Part shown: positions 25,687 to 40,287 of the stretch, in pieces
Layout of the letters: each line of letters opens with the position of its first letter
Numbering within the stretch: position 1 is the stretch's first letter
Assembly: GCF_009914755.1 (NCBI RefSeq)
Contig: NC_060933.1
Source: the human T2T-CHM13v2.0 reference genome, Homo sapiens
Direction: 5' to 3' (one strand)
Length of the DNA stretch: 64,000 nt
Notes under the pieces: generated by a model
The model's input: only the letters and a program-made list of their open reading frames with translations
Databases searched by the model: none
What the model was told of the DNA's origin: nothing
Program-made: the position numbers and the translations under genes

Positions 25687-28683
25687 ATACCCATGGAGCA
25701 GAGTGTAATCACCTATGGGGAGAGTGACATTCTCTTCCCTTCTGCCTGGACTGCAGCCCAACTTCTACACATTGAGGAGAAGAGAATCCAGGCCTGCTTT
25801 GGCACCTGGAGGCTTCCATGCATCAGAGGCAGCACCTGGTGGAAGTGGTGGCAGTGGCCAGCAAGGTTGATGGTGCTTGGTAAGGGTAACTGGACCGTGT
25901 GTTCTGGAAACCGTGGCAAGTGTCCACAAGCAGTTTAGTGTGTCAGAGGTTTCAGTAGAAGGCAATGGTAACAGGAGGTGGAGCAGGAGAGAAGGAAAGG
26001 ATCAGATATTATAGTGGTTAACAGGACTTGCAAGGACATGTGAAACATCCCTAGAGACCCCTAGAAACAACTAAGAGTGACTTCGGGTGTCTATACCAGC
26101 AGTTGGAGGTGGTTTATTGCTGTTAATGCAACACCATATATTTCAACAGTTTAAAGTGGCTGGAGAAACTGGTTTTCAACAATCAGACATAGAATCTCAG
26201 AGCTGAAAATGACCCTAGATCCATCTGACTCAAGCCTCTGCTCCATAATATCGCAGATATATGTCATTTGACACCTGTTTGAACCCCTTCAATGATAGAT
26301 AACTCACGCACAGAAGGCAGCTCATCCAGCTTTAGATACCAACATTGACAATGACCTTCTGAGCTTGCAACATTCAGGACTAGAGCATGAAACAGATAGG
26401 AGAGGCAAAAGTCTAGAATGAAAAGAGGTTTTTGGAGAATGGCTAATTTAGAGAAAAGGTTCTTTTCATTGTTTTCAGAGGAAGAAGAAGAAGGGAAAGA
26501 GAGGCCAACTGAAGACAGAAAGAATGGGAACTATTTTTTTTCTCTTTTGCTTTCATGTTCTTTGTAGATTTAAAAATTAATTACCATGCTTAACAGGGAA
26601 TAAAACCTGGGAAATGGAGGAAGTACAAGCATTGGCTGCTCCCTAGCAATTGTGTCTATGATGAGTTAGAGTGGAAGGAGAACTTTGGGGTAAGATCTAT
26701 ATATGGTTCTCCTGCAATACATCGACATTAGCTAAAGTTTGACCCTGGTTTAAACCTTCCATTTCCCATCTCATGAATTGCTCTCACAGATAAGGGAGCA
26801 GATAGCCAGGGACATACCTACCACTGAGTAATGTCAACCAAGGAATACAAATTTTATCCTATAGTTCTACTCTAATAAGCCTATCTTTAGAGCTGATAAG
26901 AACTTGGTGGTAAGTCTAGGGTACAAGTCTGAAGTTAGTTTATACAGTTATAAATTTTGTCCTCAATGTTTAATTTTTAGGGAGTTGGGAGCCAGAACCA
27001 CTCTCAGGTTCTTTCAACAATAACACTAAAATCAGCTGTCAAGTCAGTTGGGTTGCAGGCGGGGAGATGGGCACTGGTCAGACTGGTTATTTCACTACTT
27101 AGGTATAACCAGCCAAAGAAATAACAACTACCACCGACAGTTTAAAGACTGAATTTTAAACTTTTCAACAAGCCGTGCCGACATATAGCGACAACCTTAA
27201 TGTGCAAACCACTTCAAGCAGAGCGACTTTTAAAAGCTGTAAATTAAAATCACGTTTCTTTTGCAAACCCTTGAAACCTTTGAAAAACAAATAAATCAGT
27301 TAGTTGGTCCCCTATTGAGATCCCCAAATTTTTTCAGCAAACTTAGAGCTCAAAAAGAAATTAAAGCAGAAACTTGAAAATGTAATTTTAGACTAACGAT
27401 TGACTGCCTGTCAGGGGGTATGAGCCACATTTTTATTCAATTTCATGATATATTCCTTCTCCTAAACCTTTCCTCTTGACACCTGGATTCAAATGCAGTC
27501 ACAATGCTGGTCAACTGCAGCTGGACTTACCTGGTATGTCCTCTATGTGGTGATCTAGATTAGAGCCAGGCCCCGGTGTAGTGGTCTGGCCAGAGCAGAG
27601 TAGAATGAATGCTTATGGGCCTGAATGGCAATGGGGTCGCTGTCAGGAGAGAAAGAAACTCATCGAAGTGGCCCGGAGATGAGGTCTTTTTAGATCAAAA
27701 CTAACATCAATGTTGATCAGAAATATTTTGCTCTAAAAATGCCCATTGTAAGAGGTAGAAACATAGAGTTTCTCAAAACCAGGACTGAGACACCACAGAT
27801 CTTTGCTGAGATGATTACCACATTAAAACAGGCAGGTTTTGGTCAACAGTAATCTTGGTCCACCTAGATATCTGTGGTTCCAGCTACCTTAGGGGAGACC
27901 TGAGGCTGTTTCTGGAATCCAGTTTGTATATGTGCTTTTCTGTTCTCTATGGAAATATACATAAAGGTTTTGGGTTTGTGGCTGCATCTTATGTCTGCGC
28001 AATGCCACCATATTCTCCATCGTACAATACCGTTATTTGAGAATAGTCAAACTCACCCCTGTGGTCAGGGGAGAGGTAGAGAGCCTACACCCTGCCTGAA
28101 TGGCTAGTTAAGAATATGATTTTATGGAGTTCACAAATTCTTCAAGAGGGCCATTCCTTGAAAGAACTATGTAACCCTGTAGCTGCCTCCAGTGACTTAG
28201 CAGAGCCACTTGCCCTCTAGAGAAAGAGCTGTCGAATAACCATAGCTGTCAAAATTTTCTGTCTACCAGAATGGCTTATGCTGTACTCCATGGCTGGCAG
28301 TCATTTGAGAGGACGGTGGCAAGCATAGCCACGGAGGCAGCAGGAATGGCTACTGGGAACAGAAAAAAATGTAGGACCCCCACATTGCCAGCCTGTTCCT
28401 CCATTCCAGCTGGGGTCTTTATTTTGGGAGCAAAGAAGGGTGACTGTTTTGGTGGTTTTGTTGTGCTGGTGGGGTGAAACAGGTAGTAGTCATCAGTGAA
28501 AATAGAGTAGGGATGAGTTAAAAATTATTGCAACTAGGAAATCTCAGGGTTTGGGAGTGTGACTCATACCACTTACAAGGTATCAGAAATACTTAATAAC
28601 TCTCTGTTCTGGCAAACATCTCAGATTCTCAGATGGAAGGATTCAGTGGTGAAGGATGAGGAGAGGGTTTTGGTTTTACATAC

Positions 28684-28730
28684 TATATATATATATATCT
28701 ATATATATATATCATATATATATATCATAT
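28684..28730. repeat. Interrupted (TA)n microsatellite
   Basis: tatatatatatatatctatatatatatatcatatatatatatcatat. Confidence 0.9.
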
Positions 28731-30600
28731 CGTCCATAGCGGACAACAATTCACTATTCGAAAAGTAATTGTTAGCAAGCTATTGGGCTCCAATAGAGAC
28801 TGAGAGTCTAACTACAGGACAGCAAGTGGCCATGTAGTCAGAAGTGTTCATTATGCAAAGACAATGAGTCATTGCAAGAAGGAAGTGTTACATCCAGGGT
28901 TGGCTTGAGAAAGCTCAGAGGGCACAGTAGCTGAATGAACAGATGAAGGGGATTCCATGTCATCTACCACTGTTGCACAGATGGCCCTCCCTCAGCTCTC
29001 ACCTATGGTTTCGTGGGAGTTTTCCCATGACCAGCTGATAGAAGAGAAAAAAGCCTAGGCTTGGTGGGCACAGTATATTGGTGCAAGCCAAAAATAGACA
29101 GCTGTTAGACTACCACCCCACCTAGGAGTGCTGAGGGGAAATCCTCAGGGAGGGGGCGTTTTAGGCAAAGAACTTGGCCATTCATTTTGCGTGAAGGGAG
29201 AAGTGATCCAAGGTAAGCATTTACACAGGTGTATGGGCATTAGTGATCGGCTTTGCTGGTGGTTGGGGCCTGGAGAGAGCATGGTCAGAAGATAGAAGAC
29301 GAAGTGGTCTGGGGAAGAAGCATGTGGCCGATGATGTGGGAGCAGGAATAAAGTGTGAGGAACTTTGTATTGCATAGTGATGCTCACCAGAGAACATCCA
29401 CTGCAGAAGTGGCATTAAATAACCACGTGGATAGGATGTCAGCCAGCTCTGCCCTTGGCCAACTCACTGGCAAGTTGATTACATTGGAACCTTGCCACCT
29501 GGGAAAATCAAGACTTCATCCTGCACAGGATTAACACATCTCTTGGGCATGGGTTTTTCTTTCTTGCTCCTGTCTGCCTGGCTATATGAGGGCTCACAGA
29601 GTATCTGAAAATTGGACACACGGTCCTGCAAAATATCACTGTGAAGCAAGGGGCCCACTCTATAGCAAAGGAGTCATGACAGTGAGCACAGAATTATGGG
29701 ATCCATTGGTCCTGCCCCAGGCCGTGCAGCCTGGTGTGATGGTGGCATGACCCCTTCAAGGTGACAGCTGAGGCTCTAGCTTGTAGATAATACCCTGTGG
29801 GGCTAGAGTAGTACATTGCAGGATGCCATATTCATCTTGACCTGTGGACACTGGGTAGAATACGTGGGTCTTGAAACCAGGGGATGAAAATAGGAGGGCA
29901 CCTGCTCCCCAATCACTCCCAGGGACCCACTTGGGGAATTTATGTTTTCCATCTTCAGTGTTAGGTTCTGTGGATATATACATTCTGATTCTCAGATGCG
30001 GATACTTCCACAAAGGTTCAAAGTAGGAATTGTACTAAATTTAAAGCTATGGCTGTGACTGGTCACTTTGGGCTGAACATGCCAGGACAGCAGGCAAAAA
30101 CAAGACTTGGTCTATTGGCAGAGGTAATTGACCCCCATCATCATGAGGAAGTAGGGTTGCTGCCAAGTCATGGGGGCAGACAGGAAAATGGTTTGCAGTC
30201 CAGCGATCCACTGGGGTATCCCTTCCCTGTCAATTCTAACAGGCAATGGGCAATTATAGGAATGCTGATCTGTTAAAGGCATGGTAACCAGGGGCTCAGA
30301 TTCTTCAGGGATGAGATGAGAACCCTCTGCCAGTGGCCTATGTGATGTTATCTTGACCAGGAGAAAAGCCAGCTAAGGGTGAAGGAATCTAGGATGGTTT
30401 AGGGTGGGATGAGGAATTGAATTAATCCTTCAATTCAACTGATGAATTGAAGCCATCAGTTCTAGCTCGGGACCAACTGAGCAGCTGAGACTGTACTCTC
30501 TCAAATGAGTCTTCCTTTTATATGTTTCCCTAGACATGCTGAGCAGTCACAGTCCCAGAGAAGCTGTTCCTGGAAGGACTGAACTTAATGTGAGAAACAC
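28731..30600 (+). mobile_element. Decayed ERVL-class internal region (HERV16/HERV-L-like pol: RNase H, integrase, dUTPase)
   Basis: Blocks such as 'ctccctcagctctcacctatggtttcgtgggagttttcccatgaccagctgatagaagag' and 'caaggggcccactctatagcaaaggagt' match recalled ERVL pol. ORF 30049-30276 (GHFGL..QQAK..LLAEVIDP...EVGLL..HGG..DPLG) is an ERVL dUTPase remnant downstream of integrase. Confidence 0.85.
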
Positions 30601-30604
30601 AGGG

Positions 30605-31020
30605 CTCCGGGCAGCGGGTTGGTGCCCTTCCTAGGCTCACTTCATGGGGCCAGGGCCCCTCTCTGCAGCTGCTCTAAGGTCAGATGCTAAGCGCTCACAG
30701 CTTCACTCATTTCTGGGGTAGCCTGTCTTCAGATGGGAGGTTATGCTTCTCCCCTCTTTTGTAGGGGCAACCTGCAACCAACGACTGCATGATATGGTAG
30801 TAGTGGTGGTAATTTATTCTGAGACTATAATTCTGAGTTGTAATTCATGCTCCAGAGCTACCCATAGGATAAAACTGAAACTTGACTTCAGCTGCAACCT
30901 CATCCTAGCTGAGTGTTTTCCCCTTTGTGTCCTGCACCTCTTTCTCTCTTACAGGTTTCTCCTGAGCTTTCACAGGAATCTCTCTTTTAGTTCTCCTTCT
31001 ACGGAACCCAAGCTAACACA
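30605..31020 (+). mobile_element. LTR16-type 3' LTR of the ERVL relic
   Basis: 'gtaattcatgctccagagctacccataggat...cttacaggtttctcctgag...ttctacggaacccaagctaacaca' directly follows the internal region. Confidence 0.75.
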
Positions 31021-31659
31021 GTGGTCAATAGGAGAGACTTTTGCTTGGCAGGCAGCCCTTTTCTGGGAGCTGAGACCACACCGTGCAGGCTCCAAAGATA
31101 CCCCCTACAAAAAAGTGGTGTTGGGGGATGCATAACCTCCCATCTGAAGAGGAATTTCTTCAGAGATGAATGGAGCTGTGAGTCCTTAGGACCCAACACA
31201 GAGAGCAGCTGGAGAAAGGTGCCCTGGGCCTTTAAAGTGGGTCTGCTTGCAAACACACAGTCAGACTTCAAGCCAGGCGGCTCCCTCTTCACATTGACCC
31301 TGGGATACAGTCCTGGCCTCACCAAGTTATCATCTTTTTAAAATTCAAGCCCAGTAGGGTGGGGAAACAGGGCCTCACTTCTCCCACCTGGCATCTTCCG
31401 GCTCCCTGTGGATCCCCTGCTCTTCAGGCGCCTGGGGCTGCTCTTGTCAGCTTGAGAACAGGAGGGCAGTGGGTGGACAACACCTGGTGAAGAAATTTAC
31501 ACACTGAAATAATGGTTTCCACGTTGGTTTTTCATAATTAACTAAACAGACTGGAGTTAAGTTTCATGGGTAAAAAACTTGTGAAGAACTCTTGACAAGA
31601 AATGAAGGTTGATGAGGGAGTTAAAGTTTTTAAAAACTTTCATCTTCCTTGGACTTTGT

Positions 31660-31815
31660 TCCCTTTTTCTTTGTCTTCCTCCCCCCCCACATTTCTTTCT
31701 CTCTGTCTCCCTCCCTCCCTCTCTCCTTCTGTCTCTTTTTCCCTCGGTTTTTCTCCCTCCACCCCCTCTCTCCCTCTCTGCTTCATCTGCTTCCCTCTCC
31801 CTCTTCTACTTTTTC
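31660..31815. repeat. CT-rich low-complexity tract
   Basis: ~150 bp of almost pure pyrimidines on the + strand. Confidence 0.85.
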
Positions 31816-33569
31816 ATTATAAAACCCTCATTGGTCACGTTTGGGTTTTCATGTATTCATACAAACTTTCACTTCCCAGCATGTGTGTGAAAAGAAAAAT
31901 AGTAACATCAACAGCTTATATTAGTGCTTCTGTAATTTGAAAATTCCATCTGCAGATGTGTCTCTGATCTTGAAGGAAAAAAATGAAAGGCTTTGTTATG
32001 TCTCCGGCAAAAGAGATATGGAAAACAAATGGGACGGCAAGTGGTTGGAGCTGAGATGTGAAAGCACAATGAATGGAGGATGCCACATCATTACCTGGGG
32101 AGAGAGCACTCTGCCTTCTCATTGAATCTCAGCAACTTGTCTAGGGTAGGAGGGGGCATTGCTATAAAACCATTCCTTCTTTGTGAAAATGGACCTTGAA
32201 CTTACCGGTTTCTTTAAGAGCCTACCATATTTGCTGAGAGAACAAAGGGCTTCATTCCAGTGCCTGGATCAGACTTAGATATTTTGAAACTTCACAGCTC
32301 ATATTGCTGACAAAGAGCATGCTGCTCTTTCATGTGATTTATATGAAATGGTGGCCCAATAAAAACTTGAGGAAGAATGGCTACCTTCTGCCCTTAGGAG
32401 ATTCTGCCTTTTTGACTCTATTCTTGGTTAGCCAAAAGAACAATGAGAATTAAGGTGCTTTGTTTTTTTTTTTATTGACAATGATTGGTTGTATTTTCTT
32501 ACTCAGCTGTTCACTCAACACCAAAAGCCTTAAAAAAGTAAGAACCAAGATTGCAGATGGCAGTGAGGCCTTTGAGACCCTCAGTGCTCTGTGACGGTCT
32601 TTCAGGAAGTGAGCCTTTTTACCTGAGTTAAGTAGGAACCTTGTAATTGCATAAATTCTCCATGCTTGCTGGTTTTTTTTTTCCCCCAGAGTGGGTTTTT
32701 GTGGGTAATATATTATAATGTGGGTTCTGTAACCTTTCCTCATGTTCCAGACACATTTACTCTGACGTGGAGGGTCTATTCTGTGGTTTTTCTTTGGGAC
32801 TGAATATAGACTGTAGATTCCTCCTACAGGCTCTGGGTGGTTTGGGGTAGACCATGGACATGTTTGGTGCTCTTGGTCATCTGAAGTGCCCACAGTTCCC
32901 ACCCAACACTGGTATTTGAGATACTCTATATATTAGTTGCTATCTACTTATTTTTAGAAGTACTGCTTACTGATAAAATAGCATTATCCATAATAATTAA
33001 CATATTGTTTTAGACATCCGAGTTCCTGAAAAAATGCTGTTTTCGGTGCTTAAGAATTGTAGGACAATGGAATCTCTTTACCCTCTTCCCTATAACTTTT
33101 TTTTTTAAAACAAATACTTCTATTAGAGAAATTCTAAACCTCATTTTCCAAACTTGATAGATTTGGGAAAATCATTACTTAGCAACAGACCAAACAGAAA
33201 ACCCTTCTCCAGCCTGTCATTGAGAAACCAGATGAATTGCTTCCAACGTGGCCCCACCTCCACCACAGCCCTTTCCTGTGCCCTCCCCTCATACACAGGC
33301 TCTGCCCTGTTCTACCCACCCTCTCACAGCCACCACCCTCTGTTCTCAGCAATCTCCCTGCTTGACTTGTCTATTCTTCCCAATCCAGCTCTCTTCCTTG
33401 CCTTTCCCACAAGGACTCAGCTGACTGCTCCTGCTCACCGACTTCATTCTTTCTCTGGACTCCTGTTACACTCGTGTCAGTTCTACATAGCTTAGTATTT
33501 GCTTGTGTGTTCTCTAATAATATTATGTCAATTTTATTTTTTCAAACCTTTGCATCTAGTAGTAGTAGT

Positions 33570-34123
<554 letters not shown>

Positions 34124-34269
34124 TATTTTTCTTTTAGTTTCACATTATTTAGCATACAACTGGGTACAGAAGAGGTGACATATAAATTCCTGAATGCCTC
34201 TGTAAGGCTTTATATAGCATTTTGTGTTTTCTCATAATGTTTCAACACAGATGTTTAAAAACTCATCTT

Positions 34270-34380
34270 CTGTTTAACATTTATTGAGTGTAATTTTCAT
34301 GCCAAAGCCTGCACCTGCTGCTGTGGACACAGAGATGAGTAAAGTGGGGTCCTTATCTTCCAGGTGCTTACATACCAACC
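34270..34380 (-). mobile_element. L2 LINE 3' fragment
   Basis: 'aacatttattgagtg...atgccaa...gctgtggacacagagatgagtaa'. Confidence 0.6.
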
Positions 34381-36489
34381 ATAAAATCTAATATAACTGG
34401 TGCGTTATCCGGAAGGATTGCCCTTGGGCCTTATTTTGATCACTGGTATTGGATTTGTGCAGATGCAGCCATTTTCTTCCAACTTCATGACAAACGTGAA
34501 TTTTTGTGATGTTTTGCTAGAACCAATCTGTAACAAATATACAAAAAGTAGGAAATCCACATGAATGGAAGAATCCATAACTTTAACCAACTAAGCAGTA
34601 ATACATAATTGATCTTTTGCATTTTTGGAATATTTCTCTGTAATGGTATGCATGATATGAGTTTAGGTTGTCCAGGGAGTCAATTCTAATTATCTTTAAA
34701 CAAAATGCAGTGTCTGGACATGGAATCACTAACTACTTTGCAAGGCTAGTATTTTAAGAAATTCTTGGTTCAGTGAAATCTTATATTGATGTTTCAAAAT
34801 TCCTTAACTTTTTAAACTCTTAGAAAAATTTTAAATGCTGTTTAGGAAGTCTTTGTTGCTATGCCTCTCCTAAGAATAAACTACTGATGATTTGTAACAC
34901 ATATTTTTTCTTCTTTAAAACTCAAGACCTTTAAAATTTCTAGGAATGTTCCTAGATGTATTCTGTGTAGTTGAAATTTTGTGACATCTACCTGGAGAAG
35001 TGGAAAGTTACATTCGAACACAAAATGCTGGAAAGTTTATAGTGTATGAAATGTATTTTCCATGTAGTATTCTCAGTGTAGATGAGCAGTCTTTCAAGGA
35101 AATTCCCAAACTCTAAGCCATACCAATTAAACGATACATATTTAATTCATAAGAAAATTACTATGAAATGATTAACTTTCCTTTAAACATTTAAATCATT
35201 ACTTAATTTAAAAAGTGAAATAAACCGTAAGTTTTTAGGGGATTATCTATATTCTGAGTATAGCACAGTACCCCTTGCATTCTTCCTGGTATGTTGATAT
35301 ATGGAGAATATACAAACTGTGGGCTAAATTGAGACACACATTAAGTAGAAATATTTTATTTTTCTGTCATTTGCATATCATCACACACAAAATTTTATGT
35401 TGTGATTCTGTTTACTCTTTTTAGCTTCTGACTTCCAGCCAACAAGATTTTCCTTCCAAATTTGCCCTGTTTTATTGAGTTGAAAGATTTGTCCCTCTCA
35501 TGTAACCTGGTCTGGATCTTCCTATAAGAAATTTGCAGTCGTGCCATGAAAAATGCTTGTAGCACAGACATATGCAAAGTATTACCACTTTGCTTTAATC
35601 ACCAGAGCAGAGTCACTCCATGAATAATTCGAGCCACTAGCATCCTGTTGAAAGCCAAGACCTCTGGGTTGTGAGTCATCTGTTCTTTTCTGTGGCAGGT
35701 GTTGGGGTCAAACACTTTGGATCTTTACTATGGTTTGTAGAAAGGACAGTTAGCCATGTATGTTCCTAAGCTGCTGCGGTTAGTGCACTTTCATTAGATG
35801 AAAGCTCATTTGAGGTGGTTGCATCCTGGAGGAGACAGTTTGCTTTTCTTTCTGCAGACCTGAGTTTTACGGTCTCTCTGTAGTATTTCATATGGAAGCA
35901 GCTGTTGATGGATTCTAGTTCCTCAGAGTTGGACATTTTATCTGAATCACAAAACCACCAAGTGATTTCACATGAGAATAAACCTGTCAAGGTCTGTTTT
36001 ATGGAGAGCCAGGTATGGACAATGGTTGGACAGGCCAGTGCTGCTGCCACCTAGATCCCACATTCAATTTGGTTGAATTTTGATATTAATATTAAGTAAT
36101 CGTCAGGCTGAGAGTAAGTGGGGATACTCTAGTACAATATTATTGTTTAAAAGAGAGTAGCATGAGTACATGAAATCCCAATTAAAAATGATATACTATG
36201 ACTGAAAAATATCATTCATTCAATTCCTTTGTTCACTCATTCATTCATTCAATCCACTCTGATTAGTGGCAATCAGGAGGTTTATCATAAGTTATGATAC
36301 TAATTTGTAAGTGGCATATTAATTGATTTTATACGTGCAGATGCCTCAAAAATTCCTGAAGGCACTAAAAATTTCTCCCTAAAGATATATAATACATAAA
36401 AATATAATACAGGATAATTTCTCGAAATGCCGTTTTTTCCCTTTCTTTCTGGTTAGGATCTTGAAAAAAGTTAAAAAGCAGTGATTACA

Positions 36490-38090
36490 TTCAACATATG
36501 GTGTTGGGAAAATGGAATATCAACAAGCAAAAAATGGGGTTTGACCATTATCTAACATCATATACAAGCATTAACTCAAAATGGATCAAAGACCTAAATG
36601 AAAGATATAAAATTATAAAATTCTTAGAAGAAAACATAGGAAAAAATCTTCATGATGTTGAATTTGGCAATGGTTTCTTGGATATAACACCAGAAACACA
36701 GGCAAGAAGAGAAAAAATAGACAAATGGGACTTCACGAAAACTGAAAAATTTCGTGCGTCAAAAGACAATATCAACAGAGTAAAAAGACAACCCATAGAA
36801 TGGAAGAAAATATTTGCAAATCACATATGGAATAAAGGGATTAATATCCAGAATATACAGAGAACTCCTAAAACTCAACAACAACAAAAACAAACAACTG
36901 GATTCAAATGTAGGAAAAGGACTTGAATAGGTACTTCTCCAAAGAAGATATACACGTGGCCAGTAATGGCATGTTAAAAAGATGTTCAACATCACTACCA
37001 TTAGGAAAATGCAAATCAAAACTACAATGAGATGCCACCTTACACCCATTAGGAGTGACTACTATTGCTACTATTAAAAAAAAAAAACCAAAAAACAAAC
37101 TGAAAACAACCAGTGTTGGCAAGGACATGGAGAAAGATGAAATCCTTATGCGCTTTTGATGTGAATGTAAAATGATACAACCACTGTGGAAAGCAGTAGG
37201 ACAGTTCCTCAAAAAACAAAAATAGAATTACTGTATGATTTAGCAATTTTGTTTCTGGGTATATACCCCAAAGAATCGAAAGCAGGATCTCAAAAGATAC
37301 TTGTATACTTATGTTTATAGCAACACTGATTCACAATAGATAAAATGTGGGAGTGACCTAAGTGGCTGCCAATGGATGAATGGATAAACAAAATGTGGTA
37401 TACACAATACCATGAAATAGTATTCAGCCATAAAAAGGAAGGAAGTTATGACACAGGCTACATTATGGATGAATCTTGGGGACATTATGCTAAGTGAAAT
37501 AAGCCAGTCACAAAAAGACAAATACTGTATGATTCCACTTATGTAAGATACTTAGAGTAGTCAAGAGCATAGAAACAAATAAAATAGTGATTGCCAGGAG
37601 CTGAGGGAGAGGAGAAAGGGGAACTATTGTTTGATGGGTATAGAGTCTCAGTTTATAGAGATGAAAATAATTTTGGAAATGGATGGTGGTGATGGTTACA
37701 CAACAATATGAATATATTTAATAACACTGAATTGTACACTTAAAAATGGTTAAAGGCCAAGGTAAGGAGATTGCTTGAGGCTAGGAGTTCAAAAACAGTC
37801 TGGGAAACATAATGAGACCCTGTCTTTACATAAATAAATAAATAAATAAGCTAGCCATGGTGGCACACATCTGTAGTCCCAGCTACTCAGGAGGCTGAAG
37901 TGGGAGGATTGCTTAAGCCCAGGAGTTCGAGGCTGCAGTAAACTGTGATTGCAGTAAGCTGGGATTGTACCACTGTATTCCAGCCTGGGCTGCAGAGCAA
38001 TACCCCATCTGTAAAAAAAAAAAAAAAAATTTAAAAATAGCCAAGATGGTAAATTTTATGTTATGTGTATTTTACGCCAATAAAAAAAAA
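36490..38090 (+). mobile_element. 5'-truncated L1MB (ORF2 3' remnant plus 3' UTR), interrupted by AluJ
   Basis: ORF 36498-36926 translates as L1 ORF2p (INSKWIKDLN...LEENIG...IDKWDF...KRQPIEWKKIFANH). L1MB 3' end 'gatggtggtgatggttacacaacaat...gatggtaaattttatgttatgtgtatttt'. Confidence 0.95.
37755..38029 (+). mobile_element. 5'-truncated AluJ (Jo/Jr-like)
   Basis: J-type diagnostics 'gggaggattgcttaagcccaggagttcgaggctgcagt', poly-A tail, degenerate TSD ttaaaaatggttaa / ttaaaaatagccaa, and an internal 16-bp duplication. Confidence 0.93.
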
Positions 38091-38919
38091 TGTGATAAGC
38101 AGCAATGATTCCACCGTCTAGCAACCATAGGCAATGTCTATATTTTTGCCTCTCTTGCCTCAGGATAGTTAATAGCTTCTTTGGATTTTTGTGATTCTCT
38201 AGAGAAAGTCTCCAGCAAGTCTTTGGAAGCCCTGGGGTTTCAAAGGGAAGACGCTGGAATTTCCTGTGTGTGGTGAACAAGAAGTGTGGTCAACTCAGGA
38301 GCTGACCTGGGCCTCCTCCTGTGCCATGTCACAGAAACAGCAGGCCCACTGAGGGGGATGGCAGTGTGAGTGTTGGGGATGGGACGCTAAGTGAAGTTTG
38401 CCTTGCAAAGTAGGCAAAGGACCTGGGGCAGAGCCAGAAAGAGAGGGGAGATGTTGTGAGCAGAGCAGTTGCTGCCTTCAAATGGTCCATGCTTGCTTGG
38501 ACAAGGGCATCTCAGGGGTGACCAGTGAGATGCTCCTTCCAATGACAGAGAACCTTCATCCATAAAAGTGGGAAACTATCATAAGGCCCTCATAGATGGT
38601 AGAAGGCATATGGTAAAATATTTGATTTAAGTGCTTTGTATATGGTAAACAATAACTATTTGCCATTTTATTATTTTATTTCCTTTTATACTCTTATTTG
38701 TCAAACTTAGGTATTCTGAAGGGTTTTTATGAAGGGTTTACCAACCAAAGGCAAACTTCAATCTGGCCTGTGTCCAAATTTTCACAAATTCAGAATTATG
38801 GAGATTTTAATATGGATTATATATGTGGTTAGCGTTTCTATTTTTATAGTAAAGATAATTACTACTTTATTTCTATTACATTTGTCACTTGAAAGTAATT
38901 TATACTCACTCTAGAAATG

Positions 38920-39790
38920 TTTGGAAAGCTTAAGAAAGTTAAAGAAAAGAACTTACTCAAGATCTTTTTACTTGGGGTTAACTACTATTAATTTTCATGT
39001 ATTTCATTCCAGTATTTTTGAATACACATATAGAGTATATATGCACATATAACAAAATTTGATATATGCATATATTATAAAATTGGAATCATTACTATAT
39101 AAAATTTGTACCGTGTGTTTTTAACATTAGTATTTTATCATAAACATTTACCTATGTTATTAAATATTCTTCAAAAATATGACTTTTAATTCCTACCTAA
39201 TATTCTATTACAGGACCATACTATAATTTACTGAATCTTTTCCCTATTGTGGGATCATAACTGGGTGATAAATATTTTTGTACATAAATCTTTTACTACA
39301 TCTCTCATTTACTTAGGATAGATTTCTAAAAGTATTATTGATTCAAAAGTATGAACAATTTTATGACTTATAATACATATTGCCAAATAGCTTTCCAAGT
39401 TAAATTCCAATGGAAATATATGAGAATACTTGCTTTTTTTTTAACCTCTATTAGCATTAAATATTACCTTTAAAATGCATTTTAATTTAATAGGAATTTT
39501 AATTTGTAGTTAAAAAAATTAGAAGTTAGACATGTTTTCCATTTTCCACAAGTTTTGGGTTCACCTTATGTTTTTCTCTCATGAGTTTTTTGGTCATGTT
39601 CTTTTTCTCTTTTTTATTGATATATTAGTATTTCTCCTATTGATTTTTGTAAGAATTTAAAAATCTGGTATAGATATTAACCCTTTATCATATTTATAAA
39701 TTAGCTAATAATTTTTCCTAGTCATTTACCATTTACTGTTGTTTAGATTTTTTTAACATACAGAGTTTAAAAAATTTAATGTATTAAATA
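38920..39790 (-). mobile_element. Highly decayed old L1 (L1ME/L1MC-like), AT-rich
   Basis: 'ttaggatagatttctaaaagt...aatacatattgccaaatagctttcca...atagatattaaccctttatcat'. Confidence 0.6.
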
Positions 39791-39798
39791 TGTGAGTA

Positions 39799-40050
39799 CA
39801 GGTTGAGCCTTCCTAATCCAAAAATCTGACATCCAAAATGCTTCAAAATCTAAAACTTTTGGAGTACTGACATGACACTCAAAGTTTATGCCCAAAGGAA
39901 ATAATCGATTACTGGAACATTTTAGATTTTGCATTTTTGGATCGAGGTGCCTAACCAGTATGTATAATGCAAATATTTCAAAATCTGAAAAAAATCTGAA
40001 ATTTAAAACACTTCTGGTTCCAAGTATTTCATTTAAGGGATATTCACCTG
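39799..40050. mobile_element. Tigger4a/MER46A-type DNA transposon MITE
   Basis: Terminal inverted repeats 'caggttgagccttcctaatcc' / 'aagggatattcacctg', TA on the left flank, and repeated 'aaaatctgaa' motifs. Confidence 0.9.
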
Positions 40051-40175
40051 AATTTACTTTGTGATTTGACTCACTGTTTTATATTTTGAATAGCCTTCAG
40101 ACTCTGATCAGTTAAAGAGCTTCCTACATATTTTTTGTGCTATATTAAAAAAGAAGTCTGACTCCTTAACTTTTA

Positions 40176-40247
40176 AAAAAATTAATGTCATTTTAATTGA
40201 CAAATTGTTATTGTGCACATTTAAGGGGTACCGTGTGATATTTCGAG

Positions 40248-40287
<40 letters not shown>

